From NCBI GenBank assembly GCA_964517365.1, contig CAZFEP010000006.1:1-38390 (forward strand): 38,390 nucleotides of DNA, in the 5' to 3' direction. The notes under the pieces are model-generated. The model searched no databases. It saw only the letters and a program-made list of their open reading frames with translations, and was not told where the DNA came from. This DNA comes from an uncultured Thiotrichales bacterium. GTDB lineage: Bacteria > Pseudomonadota > Gammaproteobacteria > UBA4575. The translations under genes and the position numbers were made by a program. Positions 11,989 to 21,371 of this stretch are shown piece after piece (the first letter of the stretch is position 1; every line of letters starts with the position of its first letter).

Positions 11989-14900
11989 TTATGCATTAAT
12001 ACTCTGTTTCTTGTACACGACACTTGTGTTTAAAACCTCGGAAACTTTACTTAATCTTTGAAGAAGTTTCTCATCCAAGGAAATATTCCAATCGTCACCA
12101 AACTTAAGTTTGGTCTCAACTGAGTTATTTTGATATTCCACCATAATAGAGCAATTACCATCCTTAAATGGCAATAGCAGTGACTGCAAATCTTGAACCC
12201 AATCCAATGAATCACCGTCAGATTTGATCTTAATATTCAACATAGCACCAAATTGCTTTAAATAGTCATCAAAACTCCAGACATGATCTGCGCGTACTCG
12301 TACTCGGCCCGTATATTCATCCCAACCAAGACTACCTTTAATAATTAAAATAGCATCCTTAATAAGTACATGATCAAACTTAGCATAATCCTGGGCAAAT
12401 ACTGCAATATCCATACGTCCGGTATTGTCATCTAAACTCAAAAATGCAATTCGTCCCTTTGGGCTATTTCGTAAACGTATTTGATCCAATAGCCCCGCGA
12501 CCAATATAGTTTTTGATTCATCACGTGCTTGCCAAGATTTTTGTGGGCCTAACTCGTTACCAGTAGCTAGCAATTCTTTAATATTCTTACTAGTAATTTT
12601 ATCCAGTTCGTCACGGTATCGGGTAATAGGATGCCCGGTTAAATACAGGCCTAGTGTTTCACGCTCTCCTAGTAATTTTTTCTCTTCTTCCCACTCAGGC
12701 ACTTCCTGAACTTTGCTACTTTTCATACTCACTTCAGCATGACCAAACATATCATTTTGCCCTGCATCATCATCACGATGCCGCTGCTCTGCAAATCGCA
12801 AAGATTTATCCATATGTTGAAATAAACTTGCGCGCGAATAGCCGAAACAATCCATAGCTCCGGCACGTATCAATGCCTCAATACATCGCCGGTTTACTTT
12901 TTGCGAACCAAGACGTAAACAAAAGTCATCCAAATCTTGGTATTCTCCATTTTTGTTACGCTCCCCTACCATCTCTTCAACGGCCGCTTCACCAACACCT
13001 TTTAGTGCGCCCAATCCATACAGAACAATATTTTCTTCTGGCACAGTAAAATTATAATTTGAGCTATTAATACTTGGTGAGAGCACCTTGATACCCATGC
13101 CACGACATTCATCAATAAGAATCACGACTTTATCTGTGTTGTCCAGATCAGACGACATCACAGACGACATAAATTCAGCAGGAAAATGAGTTTTTAACCA
13201 AGCAGTTTGATATGCAAGCAATGCATAAGCTACCGAGTGAGACTTATTAAATCCATACCCTGCAAACTTCTCCATCAAATCAAATATATGTGTAGCAAGC
13301 TTTAAATCAACACCTCGTTCTACCGCTCCACTTTCAAATATTTCTCGCTGCTTCTCCATCTCTTCAGGTTTTTTCTTACCCATTGCACGACGCAATAAAT
13401 CAGCACCCCCCAGAGTATACCCTGCCAATATCTGTGCAATTTGCATTACCTGCTCTTGATAGAGAATAACGCCATACGTTTCTTTCAAGATGTGCTCAAT
13501 ATCAGGATGAAAATAATCAACACGTGCACCATGCTTGCGAAGAATGAAGTCGTCCACCATGCCTGATTGCAGGGGTCCTGGTCGATAGAGCGCAACCAGT
13601 GCTACTATTTCACCAAACGTGTCTGGCTGAAGTCGTTTAATGATATCTTTTATACCACTCGACTCTAATTGAAACACTGCTGTGGTCTGCTGACGCTTTA
13701 ACGTTTCATACGTCGCGGAATCGTCTAACGGCAAATCCTCTATCTCTATTAATGACTCACCAAGGAGTTTTTGTTTTTTATTAACTAATTGAACAGTATT
13801 ATCAATTATCGTAAGCGTTCTTAAACCAAGAAAGTCAAACTTAACAAGACCCATCGCCTCCACATCGTCTTTATCCAGTTGAGTGACAACATTAGTTCCA
13901 CCTGGCTCACAATATAGTGGAGTAAAAGCAGTTAACTCGGTTGGAGCTATCACAACACCCCCTGCATGCTTACCTGCATTTCGCGAAATGCCTTCAAGCA
14001 TTAACGCCATATCAAATACACTTCGTACATCTTCTTCGTTATTATATTGATCCTTCAACGCGGGCTCGGCTTTTAGCGCTTTTTCCAGAGTCATTCCTAC
14101 TTCAAAAGGAATAAGCTTGGCAATTCGATCAACAAAACCATAAGGATGACCCAGCACACGCCCGACATCTCTCACGACTGCACGTGCTGCCATTGTGCCG
14201 TAAGTGATAATCTGACTCACTCTAGTTCGCCCGTAACGCTCGGCCACATAATCAATAACGCGATCTCGATTATCCATGCAAAAATCAATATCAAAATCAG
14301 GCATCGAAACTCGCTCTGGATTTAAGAAACGCTCAAATAACAAATCATACTTTAACGGGTCAACATCGGTGATACCTAACACATAGGCGACAAGTGAACC
14401 CGCTCCCGAACCACGCCCCGGACCGACAGGCACACCATTCTCTTTAGCCCAACTTGTAAAATCAGCAACAATAAGAAAATAACCCGCATAGCCCATTGTA
14501 TTAATTACATCTAATTCAATATCCAAACGATTCTGATATTTTTGCTTCACTTCCTGTTCATCAATCTTTAGTTTTTGTAGACGTCGCTGCAAACCGTCTT
14601 CAGATTGCTGACGCATATATTCTGACGGTGTATGCGTTTCAGGAATTGGGAATTCAGGTAAAACATTTTCTCCAAAAGATAATGTCACATTACAGCGCTT
14701 TGCTATTTCTACTGTATTCGTAATCGCTTCAGGAATATCCTTAAACAACTCCACCATCTCTTCACTACTACGGAGGTATTGCTGCGAGGAATATAATTGT
14801 GGGCGTCGTGGATCATTGATCACTCTGCTAGTGTGGATACATACACGTACTTCATGTGCATCGAATTCATTTTGTTCTAAAAATCTAACATCATTTGTGG

Positions 14901-15486
14901 CCACCACGGGCAACGAATATTTAGTCGCTAACTTAATGGCCTGCTGATTGTATACCTCCTCATCGTCTCTGCCTGTGCGCTGCAATTCAATATAATAATT
15001 ATCTTTAAAATGCTTTTTCCAGAACGAGGTGTACTCAACTGCTAATTTTTTATTCCCTGAAATAATTGCACGCCCTACATCACCATCACGTGCGCCAGAT
15101 ATTGCAATTAAATTTTTACCTGCACCGATTAACCAATCTCTCTCTAGTGTAGGACCGCTTCCTCTTTGACCTTCTATATAAGCGCGCGTTATAAGCCTGG
15201 TGAGCTCTTGATAACCGTCATTGTTTTTACATAAAAAAACTACGCGTGAATTCGGATCTTTAGCTGAAATTCCAGATATCTGCGCCTCAACACCAATGAT
15301 TGGTTTTATGCCATTCTTCAATGCTTTCTGATAGAACTTAACCAATGCAAATAAATTATTAAAATCAGTTAACGCAACTGAAGACATCCCATTGCTATTG
15401 AGCTGATGCATTAGTTTTGGAACACGCACAATACTGTCTACAAGCGAGTATTCAGTATGTAAGTGTAAATGTATGAATTGTGGCAT
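11989..15486 (-). CDS. dnaE: DNA polymerase III subunit alpha
   Basis: 1165 aa. PHP-domain N-terminus FIHLHLHTEYSLVDS, polymerase core GRGSGAGSLVAYVLGITDVDP and PDFDIDF, and a C-terminal OB region. Normal length, no intein-sized insertion. Confidence 0.97.
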   Translation of the reverse strand: MPQFIHLHLHTEYSLVDSIVRVPKLMHQLNSNGMSSVALTDFNNLFALVKFYQKALKNGIKPIIGVEAQISGISAKDPNSRVVFLCKNNDGYQELTRLITRAYIEGQRGSGPTLERDWLIGAGKNLIAISGARDGDVGRAIISGNKKLAVEYTSFWKKHFKDNYYIELQRTGRDDEEVYNQQAIKLATKYSLPVVATNDVRFLEQNEFDAHEVRVCIHTSRVINDPRRPQLYSSQQYLRSSEEMVELFKDIPEAITNTVEIAKRCNVTLSFGENVLPEFPIPETHTPSEYMRQQSEDGLQRRLQKLKIDEQEVKQKYQNRLDIELDVINTMGYAGYFLIVADFTSWAKENGVPVGPGRGSGAGSLVAYVLGITDVDPLKYDLLFERFLNPERVSMPDFDIDFCMDNRDRVIDYVAERYGRTRVSQIITYGTMAARAVVRDVGRVLGHPYGFVDRIAKLIPFEVGMTLEKALKAEPALKDQYNNEEDVRSVFDMALMLEGISRNAGKHAGGVVIAPTELTAFTPLYCEPGGTNVVTQLDKDDVEAMGLVKFDFLGLRTLTIIDNTVQLVNKKQKLLGESLIEIEDLPLDDSATYETLKRQQTTAVFQLESSGIKDIIKRLQPDTFGEIVALVALYRPGPLQSGMVDDFILRKHGARVDYFHPDIEHILKETYGVILYQEQVMQIAQILAGYTLGGADLLRRAMGKKKPEEMEKQREIFESGAVERGVDLKLATHIFDLMEKFAGYGFNKSHSVAYALLAYQTAWLKTHFPAEFMSSVMSSDLDNTDKVVILIDECRGMGIKVLSPSINSSNYNFTVPEENIVLYGLGALKGVGEAAVEEMVGERNKNGEYQDLDDFCLRLGSQKVNRRCIEALIRAGAMDCFGYSRASLFQHMDKSLRFAEQRHRDDDAGQNDMFGHAEVSMKSSKVQEVPEWEEEKKLLGERETLGLYLTGHPITRYRDELDKITSKNIKELLATGNELGPQKSWQARDESKTILVAGLLDQIRLRNSPKGRIAFLSLDDNTGRMDIAVFAQDYAKFDHVLIKDAILIIKGSLGWDEYTGRVRVRADHVWSFDDYLKQFGAMLNIKIKSDGDSLDWVQDLQSLLLPFKDGNCSIMVEYQNNSVETKLKFGDDWNISLDEKLLQRLSKVSEVLNTSVVYKKQSINA

Positions 15487-15503
15487 GAGTGATTACAAGA
15501 GAC

Positions 15504-16103
15504 TTATACTGGATTCAATGCAGCTATTGCATCTCTTACGGGCTTATAGCTTTTTCGATGCAATTTACATGGGCCGAATTCTTGTAACGCGGCGATGTGC
15601 TTAGCTGTAGGGTAACCTTTGTGCTGATCAAATCCGTATTGCGGTAAATCTATGTGATGCGCTTGCATATCAGCGTCACGAGTCACCTTGGCAAGGATAG
15701 ATGCAGCGCTTATTTCAGCCACTAATTGATCACCTTTAACGACCGCTGTACAGGTAACGCTTAGCGAAGGACTATGCAAACCATCAATATACACATGGGC
15801 TGCTTCAAATTGCATAGCTACATATGCGCGCTGCATAGCTAGCAACGTCGCATGATGAATATTTATTTCATCAATCTCATCAGGCGTTGCATAGCCCAAC
15901 CCCCAAGCAAGTGCTTTAGCTTTAATTTCATCACATAAAAACTGCCGCTTCTTTGCGCTCAGTTTTTTAGAATCCGTTAAACCATCAATATTAATATCCG
16001 GATGTAATACCACACTTCCAGCAACTACTGGGCCCGCCAACGGCCCTCGGCCTGCCTCGTCTATTCCCGCAATACGCCCTGCTTCTAATTTTTTTTTGGA
16101 CAT
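15504..16103 (-). CDS. rnhB: ribonuclease HII
   Basis: 199 aa with AGIDEAGRGPLAGPVVA and DSKKLS. Confidence 0.92.
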   Translation of the reverse strand: MSKKKLEAGRIAGIDEAGRGPLAGPVVAGSVVLHPDINIDGLTDSKKLSAKKRQFLCDEIKAKALAWGLGYATPDEIDEINIHHATLLAMQRAYVAMQFEAAHVYIDGLHSPSLSVTCTAVVKGDQLVAEISAASILAKVTRDADMQAHHIDLPQYGFDQHKGYPTAKHIAALQEFGPCKLHRKSYKPVRDAIAALNPV

Positions 16104-16235
16104 GTAAAAATATTTCTACTCAACTTTTAACAGGTGTACGGCTAAGTTTTAACCATCTCGATAAAGTGAACGTTATGCCTAGGTAGGTAAACTTCGTATA
16201 CTGCACGCTTAGCTAAAAGGATACCTTAAAAACCA

Positions 16236-17168
16236 GTGTCAGAGATACGAACAGCCGTAATAGGTGTTGGATATTTAGGCAGATTTCATGCTCAAAAATA
16301 TTCAGAATTAAAAAACAGCAAGTTACTCGGTGTTGTTGACAAAGATTATGAAAATGCTCAGAAAATAGCCAACGAAGTAGGGTGCGAAGCTTTCAGTGAT
16401 TATCATGATCTCTTAGGCAAAGTGGATGCAGTTAGTATTGTGGTACCAACAGATTTGCATTACCAGGTCACCGCTGACTTCCTAAAGCACAATACACATG
16501 TGTTAGTCGAAAAACCCATCACCACTTCTATAAAACAAGCTGACGAATTGATTGCTTTAGCCAAGTCTAATCATTGTATTCTTCAAGTTGGGCACTTGGA
16601 ACGATTTAATCCTGCTATTCTGGCGATGGAAGATGAAATTTCTGACATACGATTTATCGAGTCACACCGACTCGCGCCTTACAACCCAAGAGGCACTGAA
16701 GTAAGCGTTATACTCGACCTTATGATTCATGATATTGATATCATTTTAAACTTAGTAAATTCTCAAGTTGAGAAAATTGATGCAAGCGGAACATCGGTAT
16801 TATCAAATGATTTTGATATCGCTAATGCAAGAATCGTTTTTAAAAACGGCTGTGTTGCAAATGTGACAGCAAGTCGTGTAAGTAATAAAACAGATCGAAA
16901 AATGCGTATCTTTAAGAATGATGCCTATCTCTCAGTTGACTTCCAAAACAGAGAGCTTGCCACTTATAAGAAAGGTAGTGGTGAAATGTATCCTGGCGTA
17001 CCCAATATTGACATCCAAAAAGATACTTTTGATAAGTCAGATGCATTAAAATCTGAAATTGAACATTTCCTTGCATGCATCACCACTAGCTCAACCCCCA
17101 AAGTGACTGGACAAGATGCAAAGCACGCATTACAAACAGCTATACAAATTAGTGAACTCCTAACCTAA
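16236..17168 (+). CDS. gnnA: Gfo/Idh/MocA-family NAD-dependent oxidoreductase, probable UDP-GlcNAc 3-dehydrogenase (GnnA-like)
   Basis: 310 aa. N-terminal Rossmann motif TAVIGVGYLGRFHAQ and the family EKP motif VLVEKPIT. Directly followed by a DegT-type aminotransferase and lpxB. The only available start is the GTG at 16236, since an in-frame TAA lies at 16227. The specific GnnA assignment rests on family plus gene context. Confidence 0.65.
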   Translation: MSEIRTAVIGVGYLGRFHAQKYSELKNSKLLGVVDKDYENAQKIANEVGCEAFSDYHDLLGKVDAVSIVVPTDLHYQVTADFLKHNTHVLVEKPITTSIKQADELIALAKSNHCILQVGHLERFNPAILAMEDEISDIRFIESHRLAPYNPRGTEVSVILDLMIHDIDIILNLVNSQVEKIDASGTSVLSNDFDIANARIVFKNGCVANVTASRVSNKTDRKMRIFKNDAYLSVDFQNRELATYKKGSGEMYPGVPNIDIQKDTFDKSDALKSEIEHFLACITTSSTPKVTGQDAKHALQTAIQISELLT

Positions 17169-17235
17169 CTCAATTAGCCTAAATATATATTTACTAAATT
17201 CTCTTGTTTAATAATTTAATATACGGACAACCTTT

Positions 17236-18324
17236 ATGATTCCTATGCTTGACCTAAAGCAACAATATGCTGAACTAAAGAATGATATTGATTCTGCAGT
17301 TGCTGAAGTATTACAGAATACTCATTTTATAATGGGACCAAATGTAAAAGAGTTTGAGTCTGAAGCCGCAGAATTCTTAGGTGTAAAGCATGCCATTTCC
17401 TGTAATTCAGGAACGGATGCTTTACATTTAGCCTTGCGCGCTTGCGGCATAAAAGAAGGAGATGAAGTTATCACTACACCTTTTAGTTTTGCTGCTACGG
17501 TTGAGGCTATTTGCTATGTAGGTGCGACGCCGGTCTTTGTTGACATTGAACTTGATACTTATAATATTTCTGCTGCAGCAATCGAATCCGCTATTACTAG
17601 CAAAACTAAAGCTATATTACCTGTGCATATTTTTGGGCAAGTTGCTGATATGCAAGAAATTAAAAAAATTGCTGAAAATAATAGTTTGAAAATAATCGAA
17701 GATTGTGCTCAGTCATTTGGCGCCAAAATAAATAATCAACAAACGGGCTCTCTAGGTGACGCAGGTTGCTTTAGCTTTTTCCCCAGTAAAAACTTAGGCT
17801 GCTATGGTGATGGTGGGCTTTTTACCACTAATTGTGATGATACGGCTAAGCAGTTCATGCTATTAAAGAGCCATGGAAGCAAAATTCGCAATCAACATGA
17901 GATTGTTGGCTGGAATAGTCGCCTCGATGAATTACAAGCCACTATTTTACGTATCAAACTGAAACATATTGATCGATTTAACAAAAATCGAATTTTGGTA
18001 GCAGACAACTATAACAAACAATTAAAATCATCGACTATCATTACTCCATCATTTAAAAATAATGGATCTCATGTATTTCATCAGTATACGCTGCTAAGCG
18101 AAAACCGTGACGCGATATCAGAACAACTAAACAAGGCAAATATTGGTCATGCAATATATTATTCAACCCCACTCTCTGAACAGCCTGCGTTTAAAGATAT
18201 TTCTCGCTCAGAGAACCTTGTTAACACACAAGCTATTTGCTCAAAGTGTATTTCTTTACCTATGTTTCCTGAAATGTCGAATCAACAAATTGACGAAGTG
18301 GTCAACATAGTAAAAAGTGCCTAA
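17236..18324 (+). CDS. gnnB: DegT/DnrJ/EryC1/StrS-family PLP aminotransferase, probable UDP-3-oxo-GlcNAc transaminase (GnnB-like)
   Basis: 362 aa. HFIMGPNVKEFESEAAEFLGVKHAISCNSGTDALHLAL, with the PLP-lysine region FSFFPSKNLGCYGDGG. Lies between the GnnA-like gene and lpxB. Confidence 0.65.
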   Translation: MIPMLDLKQQYAELKNDIDSAVAEVLQNTHFIMGPNVKEFESEAAEFLGVKHAISCNSGTDALHLALRACGIKEGDEVITTPFSFAATVEAICYVGATPVFVDIELDTYNISAAAIESAITSKTKAILPVHIFGQVADMQEIKKIAENNSLKIIEDCAQSFGAKINNQQTGSLGDAGCFSFFPSKNLGCYGDGGLFTTNCDDTAKQFMLLKSHGSKIRNQHEIVGWNSRLDELQATILRIKLKHIDRFNKNRILVADNYNKQLKSSTIITPSFKNNGSHVFHQYTLLSENRDAISEQLNKANIGHAIYYSTPLSEQPAFKDISRSENLVNTQAICSKCISLPMFPEMSNQQIDEVVNIVKSA

Positions 18325-19483
18325 TATAAATTCTAATATTAACTCACCCAGTATTATGATTGTAACTGGTGAGGCCTCTGGTGATTTGCATGGTGCACAT
18401 GTTGTTAAAGAAATAAATAAGATATTCCCTACTGCTAACTGTTATGGCATTGGTGGGGAAAAAATGCAACAACAAGGAGTAGAGTTGCATACAAATGTAT
18501 CTGAGCTATCCGTGGTTGGTCTAATTGAAGTCCTTAAACACTACCCTAGACTGCGCAAGCTACTTAACAAAACTAAAAACACTTTAAAGTCAGAAAAACC
18601 TGACTTACTCATCTTAATAGATTCACCAGATTTCAACTTGCCACTTGCCAAGGTGGCCAAACAATATGGCATTAAGGTTTTATATTATATTAGCCCACAA
18701 ATATGGGCTTGGCGAAAAAGCAGAATTAAACTAATCCAGAATTATGTGGATATGATGGCGGTGGTATTTCCTTTTGAAAAGAAATTCTATGTTGACGCAG
18801 GTGTACCCGTAGAGTACGTAGGGCATCCACTAATTAAAGCAGCCAATGCTACAATCGATAAATCTGATTTTTACAGGTCGCATCAACTTGATCCAAACAA
18901 AAAATTAATTGGCTTATTCCCAGGTAGTCGTGTAAGTGAAATCGAACATAATTATCCTATAATTTTAAGTGCTGCAATCGAATTATTGCAACAAAGACAA
19001 GATATTCAATTCATTACACCCATTGCTGCCACACTTCCCCATGCACTGATAGAAAAGTATATAACAGAGTCAGACGTGCAAGTACGCACAACTTCCGAGG
19101 ATATCTATAACGTAATTAACGCTTGTGATGTAATCGCAGCAGCATCAGGCACTGTTACCTTACAAATCACACTCATAAAAGTTCCGATGTTAATTGTATA
19201 CAAAATTTCACCCATCACTTACCAAATCTTTAAAAGGATTGTAAAGTTTACTTACGCTGGTATTGCTAACGTTATTGCCAATAAAGAAATATGTCGTGAA
19301 TTCATTCAAGAAAATGCGACAACTAAAAATATATCTTCTGAATTAAACAGATTACTATCAGACAAAGAATATGTGTCTGAGATGAAATATAACATGCAGG
19401 AAATAAAGGAAAGCCTTGGTGAAAAAGATGGTTCTGCTGCCACAGCAAGCCTCGCAGCAAAACTCATACACGAGAACAAATGA
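18317..19483 (+). CDS. lpxB: lipid-A-disaccharide synthase
   Basis: N-terminal SIMIVTGEASGDLHGA is the LpxB glycosyltransferase motif, followed by FPGSR. The GTG at 18317 overlaps the gnnB stop by 8 nt and keeps a full first beta-strand. The ATG at 18356 is an alternative start. The TGA stop at 19481-19483 abuts the lpxA stop. Confidence 0.9.
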   Translation: MPNINSNINSPSIMIVTGEASGDLHGAHVVKEINKIFPTANCYGIGGEKMQQQGVELHTNVSELSVVGLIEVLKHYPRLRKLLNKTKNTLKSEKPDLLILIDSPDFNLPLAKVAKQYGIKVLYYISPQIWAWRKSRIKLIQNYVDMMAVVFPFEKKFYVDAGVPVEYVGHPLIKAANATIDKSDFYRSHQLDPNKKLIGLFPGSRVSEIEHNYPIILSAAIELLQQRQDIQFITPIAATLPHALIEKYITESDVQVRTTSEDIYNVINACDVIAAASGTVTLQITLIKVPMLIVYKISPITYQIFKRIVKFTYAGIANVIANKEICREFIQENATTKNISSELNRLLSDKEYVSEMKYNMQEIKESLGEKDGSAATASLAAKLIHENK

Positions 19484-20293
19484 TTATTGCGTTATACCAC
19501 GCTCACTTGACAAGATAAAATTCATAAAACGCTCCACTTCTGGAAATTGGCTTGCAAGTACTTTTACTTCGGAGAGATTGTCATTCTTTGATTGTTTGCT
19601 ACGAACTAGCAACATGTATGACTTGTGCAAAGCAGCTATGCAATCTTCTGAAAAATCATTGCGCCTTAGACCTTCTTTATTCAAACCATGACTGCTTGCA
19701 TAATTACCAGAAGCCATCACATAAGGAGGTAAATCACGATTCAATGCAGTTCCCATTGCACAAAAAGAATGCTCGCCAACACGACAAAACTGATGCACCA
19801 ATGTAAATCCACCAAGAATTGCAAAATTCTCTATCGTTACATGACCCGCCAGGGTGGTACCATTTGCAAAAGTGATGTCATTATTAACCTCACAGTCATG
19901 CGCTATGTGCACGTAAGCCATAATCCAGTTACGATTACCAATCCTTGTATACCCTTGATCTTCTTCAGTACCACGGTTGATCGTTACATATTCACGTATC
20001 GTATTATCATCACCTATGATTAATTCGCTACTTTCTCCGTGGAATTTTTTGTCTTGCGGTATTTCACCTATTGAAGAAAATTGGAATATGCGATTACCGG
20101 AACCAATAGTGGTTGGGCCATTTAGCACTACGTGCGGCCCAACTATAGTATCTTTGCCGATTTTTACATCTGGCCCTACAATACTATAGGGACCAATAGT
20201 TACACTGCTATCTATTTCTGCACTTGCATCAACAATGGCTGTTGGATGTATACCCTCTGATAATTCATTAGTCGCCATGGAGGATATCTGCAT
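19484..20293 (-). CDS. lpxA: acyl-ACP--UDP-N-acetylglucosamine O-acyltransferase (LpxA)
   Basis: IHPTAIVD..., hexapeptide repeats, and a C-terminus FPEVERFMNFILSSERGITQ that parallels E. coli LpxA. The track ORF start at 20335 overlaps fabZ. The ATG at 20293 (first after the fabZ stop) or at 20278 (MATNELSEGIHPTAIV) is more likely. Confidence 0.9.
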   Translation of the reverse strand: MQISSMATNELSEGIHPTAIVDASAEIDSSVTIGPYSIVGPDVKIGKDTIVGPHVVLNGPTTIGSGNRIFQFSSIGEIPQDKKFHGESSELIIGDDNTIREYVTINRGTEEDQGYTRIGNRNWIMAYVHIAHDCEVNNDITFANGTTLAGHVTIENFAILGGFTLVHQFCRVGEHSFCAMGTALNRDLPPYVMASGNYASSHGLNKEGLRRNDFSEDCIAALHKSYMLLVRSKQSKNDNLSEVKVLASQFPEVERFMNFILSSERGITQ

Positions 20294-20304
20294 AGTGCCC
20301 AGTA

Positions 20305-20766
20305 TTAACTCGTCTCGACTTCCTTGAAAACACACATCAATTCAGCACTTGTAGCCACCTCTTCATCCACTGAAGCAATGGCTTCAAATACCCCATAACC
20401 CCGCTTATGTCTTTTAAGCCTGACATCAAGTGTTAGCTGATCCCCTGGCCCGACTTGTCGCTTAAAACGAGCCTTATCGATACCAACAAATAAATATAAA
20501 CTCTCATCATCTGGCCGCCAATCTGGATTGCTTAGTGCAAGCAAACCCGAAGCTTGAGCCAAAGCCTCAAGAATAAGAACCCCCGGCATAACAGGAGCAT
20601 TTGGAAAGTGGCCTTGAAAAAATGGTTCATTGAAACTGACATTCTTAATAGCCAAAATAGACTGCCCAACCTCACAACTCAACACGCGATCTACCAGCAA
20701 AAATGGATAACGATGAGGAAGATACTTTAAAATATCATGAATGCTCATCTCAATATTTTTAGTCAT
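20305..20766 (-). CDS. fabZ: 3-hydroxyacyl-ACP dehydratase FabZ
   Basis: 153 aa with [13 protein letters not shown] and [16 protein letters not shown]. Confidence 0.96.
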   Translation of the reverse strand: MTKNIEMSIHDILKYLPHRYPFLLVDRVLSCEVGQSILAIKNVSFNEPFFQGHFPNAPVMPGVLILEALAQASGLLALSNPDWRPDDESLYLFVGIDKARFKRQVGPGDQLTLDVRLKRHKRGYGVFEAIASVDEEVATSAELMCVFKEVETS

Positions 20767-20850
20767 ACTAAATTGTTACTAAGGTTTATATATATTTAAC
20801 TATAAGCAAGACAGAGCAAGAAAATGCAAATTATAAATCTTTTATCTTTG

Positions 20851-21360
20851 TTATGGAGACTGCATTTCCTGCAATACACGGGCTGTTAGATCTATTTTTT
20901 CACTTGCATATAAAACAGGTTGCGTTACCACAAGATCATAAGCTTCAGCTTTTGATACGATAACTATCACCTCATGAACTTTCTTTTGCAGCTTCCCCAA
21001 CTCTTCATTTCGTCGAATATTAAAATCTTCTCTTAACTCATCTTGTTGTCGATTATATTCTCGCTTTCTATTTAGTATTTTTTTTTCTAACTCACCCCGA
21101 TTTTTATCATTCATTATCGGACCATCATTTTTCAATGATTCTTCCAGACTTAAAACCTCATCACGCACAGCTGTTAGTTTTTTATCACGGTTTGAAAATT
21201 CCTGCTCTAGATCTTTACGCGCTGATTCTGCTTGTGGTGACTTCTCCATTAACTCGACCATATTAACAAAACCAATTTTTGTCTCTGCCATAACTACAGC
21301 CGGCATCAATAAGCCCATAATTACAAAAAATCTAACAACTGCTATAAACATAAGATTCAT
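20851..21360 (-). CDS. skp: periplasmic chaperone Skp (OmpH)
   Basis: 169 aa. Signal peptide, then KIGFVN and a long charged coiled-coil region. Conserved position immediately after bamA. Confidence 0.85.
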   Translation of the reverse strand: MNLMFIAVVRFFVIMGLLMPAVVMAETKIGFVNMVELMEKSPQAESARKDLEQEFSNRDKKLTAVRDEVLSLEESLKNDGPIMNDKNRGELEKKILNRKREYNRQQDELREDFNIRRNEELGKLQKKVHEVIVIVSKAEAYDLVVTQPVLYASEKIDLTARVLQEMQSP

Positions 21361-21371
21361 TTCTCCTAAAC

